Assembly: GCA_964461785.1 (NCBI GenBank)
Contig: CAYWWE010000002.1
Span: forward strand, 3,609 to 67,608
Length of the DNA: 64,000 nucleotides
Source: an uncultured Bacteroides sp.
GTDB lineage: Bacteria; Bacteroidota; Bacteroidia; Bacteroidales; Muribaculaceae
Direction of reading: 5' to 3'
The notes below the pieces were generated by a model, which ran no database searches, was not told the DNA's origin, and was given only the letters and a program-made list of their open reading frames with translations. Of this stretch, positions 19,086 to 27,540 are shown piece after piece (position 1 is the stretch's first letter; every line of letters begins with the position of its first letter). Both the position numbers and the translations under genes were made by a program.

Positions 19086-20030
19086 TCAGCGACGGCGGTA
19101 GACCCATGCCTCAGGATTCTGACGGGCAAATTCCGGGTCTGATTTGAGCCTGAATGCTTCTTCAATCGATGACCCGGTGGCGGCATACACTCTGTAGCGA
19201 CCGTGGCGCTCTACTATGCCTTTGGCATATTCAGGATGGCGCGCCATCCATTTTTCAGCTTCTTCATTGCTGTTGAGAGATCCGATTATCAGATAATAAT
19301 CAGCTTCATGGAATGGAGTGGCAACCGGCTTTGGCGATACAGGGGCAACAGCATCAGCAGAGTCAGGGAGGGCAAGGATAAACCGGTAGCCGGCGGGAAT
19401 GGAATAAGATTCTTCCTGCTGGTGGCGTGGAGCCTGCCCTACAGAAGCAAAATCAGGTGTCCGGTCAAGATTGACTGAGATGGGTGTTGAGAGCGTCAGG
19501 GCAAGCCCGAGAAGAATTGCGACGAAAGCGGCAACCCTGAGTATGCGCCGTCCGAGACTCTCGTGCGGCATGATATGGATCTCATCGGCTGAGGATTCTG
19601 AAGATCCGGATGTCGCGGCAGTGGAGGGGAGGGACAAGGGGGAAAGAGCTGCAAAACGCGCTGCACCGATACCTGAGGGGTCGACATCAAACTTCATCGT
19701 CGAATCAGGCAGCCGACGGAAAGTGCCGATGCGTGGCAGAATAGCGATTCCGTTATTATCGAATGAGTTGCGCATTGCCGACACTTCACCTGCTATTGCC
19801 TCCCGGGCGTTATCGTAGGATATTCCTTCACGTCGGCAAATAGATGAAGCGAGCAGGCCGTCGTCGTGGGTGAGCGACGGGTTGAAAACGAGAGTGCGCG
19901 AAGGCGGGTAAAAATTATTTCCTTCGACATAAGCCGGGATCGAAGAGGCTATAAAGCCTCCCCAACCGGGGATGATCACGCAGTCGGACGTGGCTACGAG
20001 ATATTGGATATGTCGCTGAACATTGGTCAT
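19086..20030 (-). CDS. HU-like (CCDC81-type) / SPOR domain protein
   Basis: DCVIIPGWGGF, FNPSLTHDDGLL, central TM helix, C-terminal YYLIIGSL...AWVY. Confidence 0.8.
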   Translation of the reverse strand: MTNVQRHIQYLVATSDCVIIPGWGGFIASSIPAYVEGNNFYPPSRTLVFNPSLTHDDGLLASSICRREGISYDNAREAIAGEVSAMRNSFDNNGIAILPRIGTFRRLPDSTMKFDVDPSGIGAARFAALSPLSLPSTAATSGSSESSADEIHIMPHESLGRRILRVAAFVAILLGLALTLSTPISVNLDRTPDFASVGQAPRHQQEESYSIPAGYRFILALPDSADAVAPVSPKPVATPFHEADYYLIIGSLNSNEEAEKWMARHPEYAKGIVERHGRYRVYAATGSSIEEAFRLKSDPEFARQNPEAWVYRRR

Positions 20031-20125
20031 TTCGCGTACTGGCGCTTTTTGCAACGGCAAAGTTAACGTTTTTTAGCCGCGATTGCAAATAAAAATTTGG
20101 CTCGGCCTCTTCTGCAGGCTATCGT

Positions 20126-21157
20126 TCACTCGGAGTAGTAGAACCATTCACCCCATGTCATGAGGCTGTTGGGGATCGGGAAATCCTCGAGTTTGTTGTA
20201 TGACAGCCAGTAGGGTTCGCGGTGATCGATGGTGTGGTGTCCGAGCTCATTTTCATGGCCGGTGAGCACGACTTTAGCCTTGAAAGACTGACACATCTCC
20301 GGCAATTTGGCTGCCCAGCATATTGGCATGAGAACATCGACAGGCGGAATTTTTCCGTCGAGGCTGAGCATCATCTCGAGATCATCCTTAAGCCATTGAT
20401 CGCCGGTGGAGCAAACGGTGTATCCTTCGGGTGTCGTCACAACGTAGATGTTGTTTTGCAGGTGGTCCTGATGCCCGGGGATTATCGTTGTGGCGAGCGA
20501 CGCACCGTTTGCTGCCGTGAAGCTCCCGTTGCCGATCGTATCCTTCCTGATATGGGTTATCCCGGAATTATCGGGCATGATCTCGTCGGGGGCAATGACT
20601 GGTTTGCCCTTAGAGGTGAAGCGGTCAATAATAAACGGATCGACATGATCGCCGTGATTATGGGTGAGAAACATTATGTCGCAGGCATCGGCCAGGGCAG
20701 CCGCGATGGTGTCGCTCATCAGGCGTCGGTCGGTGTCGCTTATTTTCCGCCCGCGGTATATGTCCCATCCTATTGTCACTCCGGGTGTGCGGACGATCCA
20801 GCCGTCATTGTATAGTTTATAGATTTTCATTCCGCTATCGAGAGGCTGCTCCAAATCGGAGAGAACTTTCATCATGCGCCGGTCAAGGAACTCACCGGTA
20901 TAAGGAGAGTTGTCAAGGCGGGTGTCGTGAAAAATCTGATCGAGCAGATAGAGGGCGGCTTTGCGCGCCTGCGATGGCGGCTCGGTTGAAGGCGGATCGT
21001 TGTCGATAATTTCGTTGACAAGCTCAAATGTAAGCTCGGTCTGAGCATTTATGATTCCGTCTTTGTCCTGCCAGAAGTGAGTGAGATCCTTTCGGGCTTC
21101 AACGGAGAGCCACGCTATGGCAGCGAAAGAGAGTAACAATATGATGCGTCGAAACAT
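20126..21157 (-). CDS. Secreted MBL-fold metallo-hydrolase
   Basis: Signal peptide; THNHGDH, GH, TGD, GHENE motifs. Confidence 0.8.
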   Translation of the reverse strand: MFRRIILLLSFAAIAWLSVEARKDLTHFWQDKDGIINAQTELTFELVNEIIDNDPPSTEPPSQARKAALYLLDQIFHDTRLDNSPYTGEFLDRRMMKVLSDLEQPLDSGMKIYKLYNDGWIVRTPGVTIGWDIYRGRKISDTDRRLMSDTIAAALADACDIMFLTHNHGDHVDPFIIDRFTSKGKPVIAPDEIMPDNSGITHIRKDTIGNGSFTAANGASLATTIIPGHQDHLQNNIYVVTTPEGYTVCSTGDQWLKDDLEMMLSLDGKIPPVDVLMPICWAAKLPEMCQSFKAKVVLTGHENELGHHTIDHREPYWLSYNKLEDFPIPNSLMTWGEWFYYSE

Positions 21158-21211
21158 TAGAGAGGGAGTGTTGAGTTTATATTTTCTGGGGACATAACTG
21201 TTCGCGCGATT

Positions 21212-22000
21212 TCAGGCCGGCGAGACTCCGAGTCCGAAGAGGGCAAAATCGTAGATGACAGGATCGTCGGGCCGAAATTCAGCGAGAGCAGATGTGATGA
21301 TTTCGGCAGATTTGCGGTCGTCGCTCGCACGGCTGAGAAGACCAAGGTCGCGCGAAGTGCGGCTTACATGCACGTCGAGTGGAATGAGAAGACGTGATGG
21401 GGAAAGGACTGAGGAATCCCATACGCCCATGTCGACGATGCCGTCCTGTCTGACGAGCCATCGCAATGCCATGTTGAGGCGTTTGAGCGGTGTGGTGGCG
21501 AGATTGACCGGAAGACAACGTGAATCGTTTGCTCCGCCGTTGGCCTCCGCGAGCGCTTGGCCAAGATATCGAGCAAGAGTAAAAGACGGACAATCCGTCG
21601 ACCCTATGTCGTGATGTCTGGCAAAATCGGCAAGTGATCCGAAGCGGCTATAGATGGCCCGGAGCCCACGCAGATAGTATCTGAGATTTTTTGAGAAGAA
21701 AGTGCGGTGGATGTTGAAATCCGGCAAGCTCTCGAAGTCGCCGGACATGACGTAGTCGTAGGGTCGGTCGGAGAGCACGTCAGTAAAGAGCCGGTTACAG
21801 TCGCGGCATATCATGTCGCGTCGACCCCAGGCGATGGTCGAGGCAAGCAGTGAGGCGATCTCTATATCCTGAAGTGAGGTGTAGCGGCGTGGAAACTGCA
21901 CCGGATCTTTGCCGATAAAATCCGGCGTATTGATCCGGGCAACATGAAAGTCGAGGAGCTGACGAAGCTCGTCGCGCGACAGGTCGATGGGCTGATCCAT
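21212..22000 (-). CDS. TIGR02757/DUF2400 family (HhH-GPD-like) protein
   Basis: DPVQFPRRY, AWGRR, KRLNMALRWLVR, IPLDVHV, DPVIYDFALFG. Confidence 0.9.
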   Translation of the reverse strand: MDQPIDLSRDELRQLLDFHVARINTPDFIGKDPVQFPRRYTSLQDIEIASLLASTIAWGRRDMICRDCNRLFTDVLSDRPYDYVMSGDFESLPDFNIHRTFFSKNLRYYLRGLRAIYSRFGSLADFARHHDIGSTDCPSFTLARYLGQALAEANGGANDSRCLPVNLATTPLKRLNMALRWLVRQDGIVDMGVWDSSVLSPSRLLIPLDVHVSRTSRDLGLLSRASDDRKSAEIITSALAEFRPDDPVIYDFALFGLGVSPA

Positions 22001-22022
22001 AATTGAGGTGTTATAAAAAGAA

Positions 22023-22055
22023 GCAGTGCGATACCCTCAACGGGCCGCGCACTGC
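22023..22055 (-). terminator. Terminator of the tRNA-rpsT-tRNA unit
   Basis: gcagtgcg...cgcactgc stem followed by ttcttttt on minus strand. Confidence 0.65.
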
Positions 22056-22101
22056 ACAAGCTCTTTTCGCAAAGTAACAAAAATAAACATAAAAAAGTAT
22101 G

Positions 22102-22173
22102 TAGCCCATAGGAGAGTCGAACTCCTCTTTCAAGAATGAAAATCTTGCGTCCTAACCGATAGACGAATGGGCC
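22102..22173 (-). tRNA. tRNA-Glu(TTC)
   Basis: Cloverleaf: GGCCCAT/ATGGGCT acceptor, anticodon arm CAAGA-TTTTCAT-TCTTG, GTTCGA T-loop; CCA not encoded. Confidence 0.97.
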
Positions 22174-22267
22174 GTCAATGAGGGGATGACCACAAGGCAG
22201 GAGTGGCCTTTACCCTCAGACAATTTATCAACAGCTGTCTGCTCTCGCGTAGAGAAGATGCTCAATA

Positions 22268-22525
22268 TCAAGCGCCGAGGCGATTGATGTGGAGGGCGAG
22301 CTTGCTCTTGAGGTTGGAAGCCTTGTTTTTAGAGATGGTCTTCTTTGAAGCAAGGCGGTCGAGCATGGCTGTAACCTTAACGTAAGCAGCCTGAGCTTCA
22401 GCCTTATCAGTCATAGCGCGCAGCTTACGCACGGAAGCGCGGGCGGCTTTGGCGTAGTAGCGGTTGCGGAGGCGACGGCTCTCGGTCTGACGAATTCTCT
22501 TGATTGAGGATTTATGGTTTGCCAT
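22268..22525 (-). CDS. rpsT: 30S ribosomal protein S20
   Basis: [13 protein letters not shown]...[11 protein letters not shown]. Confidence 0.98.
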   Translation of the reverse strand: MANHKSSIKRIRQTESRRLRNRYYAKAARASVRKLRAMTDKAEAQAAYVKVTAMLDRLASKKTISKNKASNLKSKLALHINRLGA

Positions 22526-22572
22526 TATGTTTTGATTGATTTAACGTCGTTGTGGGTTAAATTGATTGATTG

Positions 22573-22644
22573 TAGCCCATAGGAGAGTCGAACTCCTCTT
22601 TCAAGAATGAAAATCTTGCGTCCTAACCGATAGACGAATGGGCC
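22573..22644 (-). tRNA. tRNA-Glu(TTC)
   Basis: Identical copy of 22102..22173. Confidence 0.97.
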
Positions 22645-22684
22645 TCGCAGCCTTGGCAGACGGGGATCTGTCTCAAAGCGACGG

Positions 22685-22715
22685 CAAAGGTATGAAGAAA
22701 TCCTGATATGACAAA
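22685..22715 (-). promoter_or_regulatory. Promoter of tRNA-Glu/rpsT/tRNA-Glu
   Basis: TTTG (22712-22715), 19-nt spacer, TACCTTTG (22685-22692) on minus strand. Confidence 0.75.
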
Positions 22716-22767
22716 ATCTTATCAAGAAAAATCATCAAGGTTTGCTAAAAAAAGCTACTTTTGCGCT

Positions 22768-23493
22768 GTGAAACAGAAGGTGAGACTCATATTGCTCCGC
22801 ACAACCCGCTATAGCGACCGCAACGACATCGCGCTTGGCCTGACCCGAGAGGCCGGCGTGGTGAGCTTTCTTATGAGTGCTTCACGCGGACGATCGGCAT
22901 CGCGCCAGAGAGCACTCCTTATGCCGATGAGTGTGGTGGAAGGTGAGCTCAATGTCCAGCCGGGCCGATCGATCGGATCGTTGAGGGATGTCAGTATGTC
23001 GATGCCGCTCCACGGGGTTTATTCCAATCCTGTCAAGTCGTCGATAGCCATGTTTATGGCCGATCTGATGGCGGTTGTGGTGAGAGAGGGCACCGGCGAT
23101 GCGGTGCTGTGGGATTTTACAGCCGCAAGCATGGAGGCGCTCAATACACTTCCGACAGCTCACACCGCCAATTTTCCTCTGATTTTTGTGATGACGCTCG
23201 CTGACATGCTCGGCATTGCCCCCGACAGCGCGTCATATTCGCGAGGGCGTATTCTCGATCTGCGCGACGGTGTCTACAGAGCCATGTTTCCTCTCCACAG
23301 TGATGTGGCCAATGCCGAGGAGAGCCGTCTGATTGCTCTCTTGTCAAAACTCGACTACAGCAATATGCACCGTGTCAGACTCAATCGTGATACCCGCAAT
23401 CAGATCCTCGACGGTATGTTGCGGTTCATAAGCATGCACTATATCCGGGTCGACGCGCTGAAATCGTTGCCGGTGCTTAGGACGCTCTTCTGA
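22768..23493 (+). CDS. recO: DNA repair protein RecO
   Basis: ILLRTTRYSD, TREAGVVSFL, KSSIAMF, LKSLPVLRTLF; GTG start inferred. Confidence 0.88.
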   Translation: MKQKVRLILLRTTRYSDRNDIALGLTREAGVVSFLMSASRGRSASRQRALLMPMSVVEGELNVQPGRSIGSLRDVSMSMPLHGVYSNPVKSSIAMFMADLMAVVVREGTGDAVLWDFTAASMEALNTLPTAHTANFPLIFVMTLADMLGIAPDSASYSRGRILDLRDGVYRAMFPLHSDVANAEESRLIALLSKLDYSNMHRVRLNRDTRNQILDGMLRFISMHYIRVDALKSLPVLRTLF

Positions 23494-23501
23494 TCGGTTG
23501 G

Positions 23502-23882
23502 TCAGAGTTCGATCGTTATGTCGATTCCGCCCCAACGGCTGGCGATCAGATTGCGTGAGCGCGCCAGTGCCTGAAGATCGCTGATGTCGATAGGATGGCA
23601 TTGCGCCCCGGTTGTCTGCGCAAGCAGATTTCCGGCTTTGGAGTCGATATCGGTAAATGCGACCTTGCATCCGGAGGAACACAGCAGTTTGATCAGCGCA
23701 ACCGCGCGCTCGGATCCGGAGGCCGACGGAGTGATCAGAAACACTCTTGATCCGGAAAGCGCCTTGGTGCTGTCGGGGTCGGGAATGATATTGCGGACAT
23801 TCGAGCTGTTGATGTGACGCCGGATCGACAGTCTGCCGTTCCGGTAGTCGTCCATACGTTTTTCGAGATAGTTGTCTGCCAC
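23502..23882 (-). CDS. Truncated SDR-like protein (N-terminal Rossmann half only)
   Basis: MADNYLEK leader, RVFLIT, KVAFTDID, WGGIDI then stop; no YxxxK. Confidence 0.55.
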   Translation of the reverse strand: MADNYLEKRMDDYRNGRLSIRRHINSSNVRNIIPDPDSTKALSGSRVFLITPSASGSERAVALIKLLCSSGCKVAFTDIDSKAGNLLAQTTGAQCHPIDISDLQALARSRNLIASRWGGIDITIEL

Positions 23883-23897
23883 GATGAGCCTCCGGGA

Positions 23898-24869
23898 TCA
23901 GATTTTCACGTTTGCGGATGTGGGACTTGCAGGAGCAGCGGATGCTTTATTCGTCGACTCGTGATGGTGGGGAGTCTTGACTTTGAGCTTGAGTGTGTCG
24001 AATCCGCGTCCATAGACACCATTGACATTTCCTTGAGAGATGAATGCATCCGGGTCTATGCTCTTGGTGATACGGAATATCGTGATCGCTTCAATCTTGC
24101 GGCAGAAGACCATAAGAATCTTGACCGAATGGCGGGTGTACCAGCCTGTGCCGTCAATTACCGTGCAACCGCGTTTGGCATCGTTGTTGATCGCGGCAGC
24201 TATCTCGTCCCAGTGGCTTGAGATGATAGTGAACTGGACGGCCTGGCGGTTGGTGTTGATCACCATGTCGCAGACATAAGACATAATGACGAGCACCACA
24301 AAGCCGTAGACAACCTTATCGACCTGACCGAAGAGGATGAGCGACGAAGATATGATGCACATATCCACATATAGCATCGTGCGGCCTATGGTGACATTGC
24401 TCTTCTTCGCTACCATAGCGGCAATGATGTCCGTGCCGCCCGATGATCCGTTGTGGACAAAGACTATGCCTATGCCGAATCCGCAGCAGATCGCGCCAAT
24501 TATCGCGCTCATGAAAGGCTGACCTACAATCAGCGGCTGGGGAAAGAGCGGGGTGAGGACACCGATGCCGATTGACAATATCGTGGCACCGAAAATCGTT
24601 CGCCACACAAAGAGTTTCCCGACTGTCCGGCTTGCAAAGGCAAGAAGAATGAGGTTGGCGACGTAGGATGTGACGGCAACCGGGATTCCGTAGCCAAACA
24701 AGCGTTGGGTGACGAAAAATATTACCGTGCCGAAGCCGGCCATGCCTCCTATGACTATCTTCTCAGGGAATATGAAGGCAGAGAATCCAAACGAATACAT
24801 CATGATGCCGAAGACGATCATGAAATAGTCGCGTGTGGAGGTCCAGACATTCTTTCGGGATAACTTCAT
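23898..24869 (-). CDS. YitT family membrane protein
   Basis: GGMAG, NGSSGGTDIIA, RGCTVIDGTGWYT, DPDAFI. Confidence 0.93.
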   Translation of the reverse strand: MKLSRKNVWTSTRDYFMIVFGIMMYSFGFSAFIFPEKIVIGGMAGFGTVIFFVTQRLFGYGIPVAVTSYVANLILLAFASRTVGKLFVWRTIFGATILSIGIGVLTPLFPQPLIVGQPFMSAIIGAICCGFGIGIVFVHNGSSGGTDIIAAMVAKKSNVTIGRTMLYVDMCIISSSLILFGQVDKVVYGFVVLVIMSYVCDMVINTNRQAVQFTIISSHWDEIAAAINNDAKRGCTVIDGTGWYTRHSVKILMVFCRKIEAITIFRITKSIDPDAFISQGNVNGVYGRGFDTLKLKVKTPHHHESTNKASAAPASPTSANVKI

Positions 24870-24992
24870 GGTTTGTGGGGTGATTAAGGTTGTTTTATGC
24901 CGTATGGCACAGTTGTAATCGGTATTTGCAGCCACAAAGTTACGGCTGACTCGTGTTATTTCAAAATATTTTAGCTAATTTCGCTCACCCAA

Positions 24993-25787
24993 ATGCAAAC
25001 ATCACTTAATAACTCCATACAACCCGATATGAGACACATGAGCGTAATGGCAGGACTGCTGATGACAATCCTTGTTGCTTTCGGCGCCTCAGCCCAAAGT
25101 TTTGTTGATTATGGTCCGGCACCGAGATTTCTTGAACTTGAGATTCATGGCATAGCCGGCAATTCGCGCATCACTGAAAACTATGTGGGATGTTTCCCGA
25201 TGATAAGCCAGATGAACACATCGCCAGGCACGTCGTTGGGTGTAGGTGTGGCTGCTGTTTTCGGACTCCGCAACTGGCTCGGACTTGGAACAGAGGCAAA
25301 TATCCTAAGGGGTAACTACAGGATGGATCTGGCCGTGTCGGCAGAAGACGGTTCGTCGATGAGCAACATCTTCCTGCGTAATGGCATGACCTATCTTGAA
25401 ATACCGCTTTATCTTCAGTTCAGGTTCAACATTGCAAGAAATGTCAGGTGGCGTGTTAATGGCGGTGTTTATTATGCATACGGACTTGCCGGACATCAGA
25501 GTCAGGACATATACAATGCCCAGGTCAATCAGCTCGGACAACTTGTGTCGACTTCTATCTCGATCAAGCCGTCATATTTCTGCAATGGTTCGACTTTTAT
25601 CAATGCCTTCCGGCGCAGCGATATAGGTATTCATCTCGCGACAAGCCTGCTTTTCGGCCGGGTGTCGATCGGCGGACGCCTCGGAATCGGCTTGAAGAAT
25701 ATCGCATACATACCCGGAGGCCGCGGCATCGTGACTCCCAACATCCATAATATCAACTATACGCTCACTGTAGGCTACAGGCTCTGA
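24993..25787 (+). CDS. Outer-membrane beta-barrel (porin family) protein
   Basis: Signal peptide, YLEIPL motif, alternating strands, C-terminal LTVGYRL. Confidence 0.8.
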   Translation: MQTSLNNSIQPDMRHMSVMAGLLMTILVAFGASAQSFVDYGPAPRFLELEIHGIAGNSRITENYVGCFPMISQMNTSPGTSLGVGVAAVFGLRNWLGLGTEANILRGNYRMDLAVSAEDGSSMSNIFLRNGMTYLEIPLYLQFRFNIARNVRWRVNGGVYYAYGLAGHQSQDIYNAQVNQLGQLVSTSISIKPSYFCNGSTFINAFRRSDIGIHLATSLLFGRVSIGGRLGIGLKNIAYIPGGRGIVTPNIHNINYTLTVGYRL

Positions 25788-25807
25788 CCATTCTACTGAT
25801 AAGAAAG

Positions 25808-25870
25808 AACAGTTCCGGCATCTGCAGATATGAGTCCGATAGGGTTCATACGGCAGATGCCGGAATTGTT
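25808..25870. terminator. Bidirectional terminator between porin gene and trxB
   Basis: aacagttccggcatctgc...gcagatgccggaattgtt long stem with inner tatga/tcata arm. Confidence 0.75.
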
Positions 25871-25889
25871 TATGGGTGGATAATTGGGA

Positions 25890-26831
25890 TCAGAGAGGAT
25901 TGGCCATCAGGAAGCGCTCGACATCGAGAGCGGCGCGGCAGCCTGAGCCGGCAGCTGTGATGGCCTGACGGTAGATGGGATCGGCCACATCACCGGCTGC
26001 AAACACGCCGGGAATATTTGTGGCGGTGGTGGGAAGGGCAGTGACGATATAACCCTGCTCGTCGGTGTGAATGTCCGGGAAAAGCTGGGTGTTTGGGTGA
26101 TGACCGATTGCAAGGAAGAAGCCGTTGATCGGAATGTCGATGTGCTGCTCGTTTTCTTCTCCTTTGTTTTCTACGAGATGTGCGCCTTCTACAAATTCGT
26201 CACCGTAAAGACCCGTGGTGTTGGTATTGAAGAGCACCTTGATCTTAGGATTGTCGAGCACGCGCTGCTGCATCACTTTCGACGCACGCAGATAGGGCTT
26301 GCGGACAATGAGGAACACCTCGGAGGCGAGACCGGCAAGGTAGAGAGCCTCTTCGCAAGCGGTGTCGCCGCCGCCTACCACTGCTACTCGCTTGTTGCGG
26401 TAGAAGAATCCGTCGCAGGTGGCGCAAGCGCTTACGCCCATGCCCTGATATTTCTTCTCGTCGGGGATGCCGAGATACTTGGCTGAGGCGCCGGTCGAGA
26501 TTATGATGGTCTCGGCAGTGATCTCGGTGCCATCGACGGCTACGGCCTTGAACGGACGCTGCGAGAGATCTACACTCTTGATCAGGCCCGGACGGATGTC
26601 GGCGCCGAAGCGCTCGGCCTGCTTGCGCAGATCGGTCATGAGCTGCGGACCCTGGATCCCTTCGGGGTAACCGGGAAAGTTTTCTACTTCGGTGGTGGTG
26701 GTGAGCTGTCCTCCGGGCTGATTGCCCTCGTAGAGCAGGGGAGCGATATTGGCTCTCGATGCATAAATGGCGGCTGTGAAGCCGGCGGGGCCGGAGCCGA
26801 TGATGAGGCAGCGGGTATGTACGGGTGTCAT
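25890..26831 (-). CDS. trxB: Thioredoxin reductase
   Basis: GSGPAG, GGQL, CATCDG, GGGDTA, AAGDV. Confidence 0.98.
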   Translation of the reverse strand: MTPVHTRCLIIGSGPAGFTAAIYASRANIAPLLYEGNQPGGQLTTTTEVENFPGYPEGIQGPQLMTDLRKQAERFGADIRPGLIKSVDLSQRPFKAVAVDGTEITAETIIISTGASAKYLGIPDEKKYQGMGVSACATCDGFFYRNKRVAVVGGGDTACEEALYLAGLASEVFLIVRKPYLRASKVMQQRVLDNPKIKVLFNTNTTGLYGDEFVEGAHLVENKGEENEQHIDIPINGFFLAIGHHPNTQLFPDIHTDEQGYIVTALPTTATNIPGVFAAGDVADPIYRQAITAAGSGCRAALDVERFLMANPL

Positions 26832-26874
26832 ATATACTTGTATACTTGGGTTAAATTTTGATTATTCCGGATGG

Positions 26875-27510
26875 TCAGCGCAGATCTATGATCTCTGCTC
26901 CTGGAACTTTGGCCGGTGTGAACCGGAATGTAGAGACAGGAAGATCGTTGCCGGGGGTTACAGACGTTATATTGATCGTAATATTTTCGCCCGAGGATGT
27001 CCGCAGTTTCATGAGCGATGGATAGCCATTGGCTGCGAAGGTGATCACGGCATGAAGGATGGGCGGATCAGGCATTGAGGGGGTGAGCACTACAGTGCGT
27101 GCCGATGGTTGACCCTGATAGCGCGCTTTGTATCGTGACCGCAACGAACAGAGGATGGCGTAGGGGTTGACCTGAGCCACTTCTTCTATGGTCGGTTCGG
27201 TGATGTTCACCTCTTCTCCATCTGCAGTCCATGCCCATTGAGTTTTTCCGTCATACCATACTTTGGCCTCGGGTGAATCAATTACGAAGCGGTCTCCGGC
27301 AATGGTGAAAAGGCCTTTGGAGATCTGTCCCTCCTGCGATCCGGTGGCAGTGAAACCGATAGTCACTGATTTGGCAGAGCGCAGTTTGGTGGCGGCTTCG
27401 TCTATCAGCTCGGAAGCGGTGGGCGCGGCGGCGCTCACCGAGGGGAGTGTCAGCAACAGAGTGAGAAGGGTCAATATGGAGCGGAGTCTGTTCATTTGGA
27501 AGTAGAACAA
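26875..27510 (-). CDS. lolA: LolA-like lipoprotein carrier
   Basis: Signal peptide, WYDGKTQW, EVNITEP; conserved ftsK-lolA-trxB order. Confidence 0.85.
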   Translation of the reverse strand: MFYFQMNRLRSILTLLTLLLTLPSVSAAAPTASELIDEAATKLRSAKSVTIGFTATGSQEGQISKGLFTIAGDRFVIDSPEAKVWYDGKTQWAWTADGEEVNITEPTIEEVAQVNPYAILCSLRSRYKARYQGQPSARTVVLTPSMPDPPILHAVITFAANGYPSLMKLRTSSGENITINITSVTPGNDLPVSTFRFTPAKVPGAEIIDLR

Positions 27511-27540
27511 TTATAGGAAAAGAGTGGTTCAGGATGAGGC

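Noticed and set aside
22102-22644. Identical tRNA repeats as attL/attR of an integrated element
   Set aside because: Both are complete tRNAs, the cargo is the core gene rpsT, and no integrase is present.
3252-25870. Shared TTCCGGCA/TGCCGGAA stem ends in two terminators as a REP family
   Set aside because: Only two copies with 8 bp in common and unrelated interiors; insufficient without a genome-wide count.
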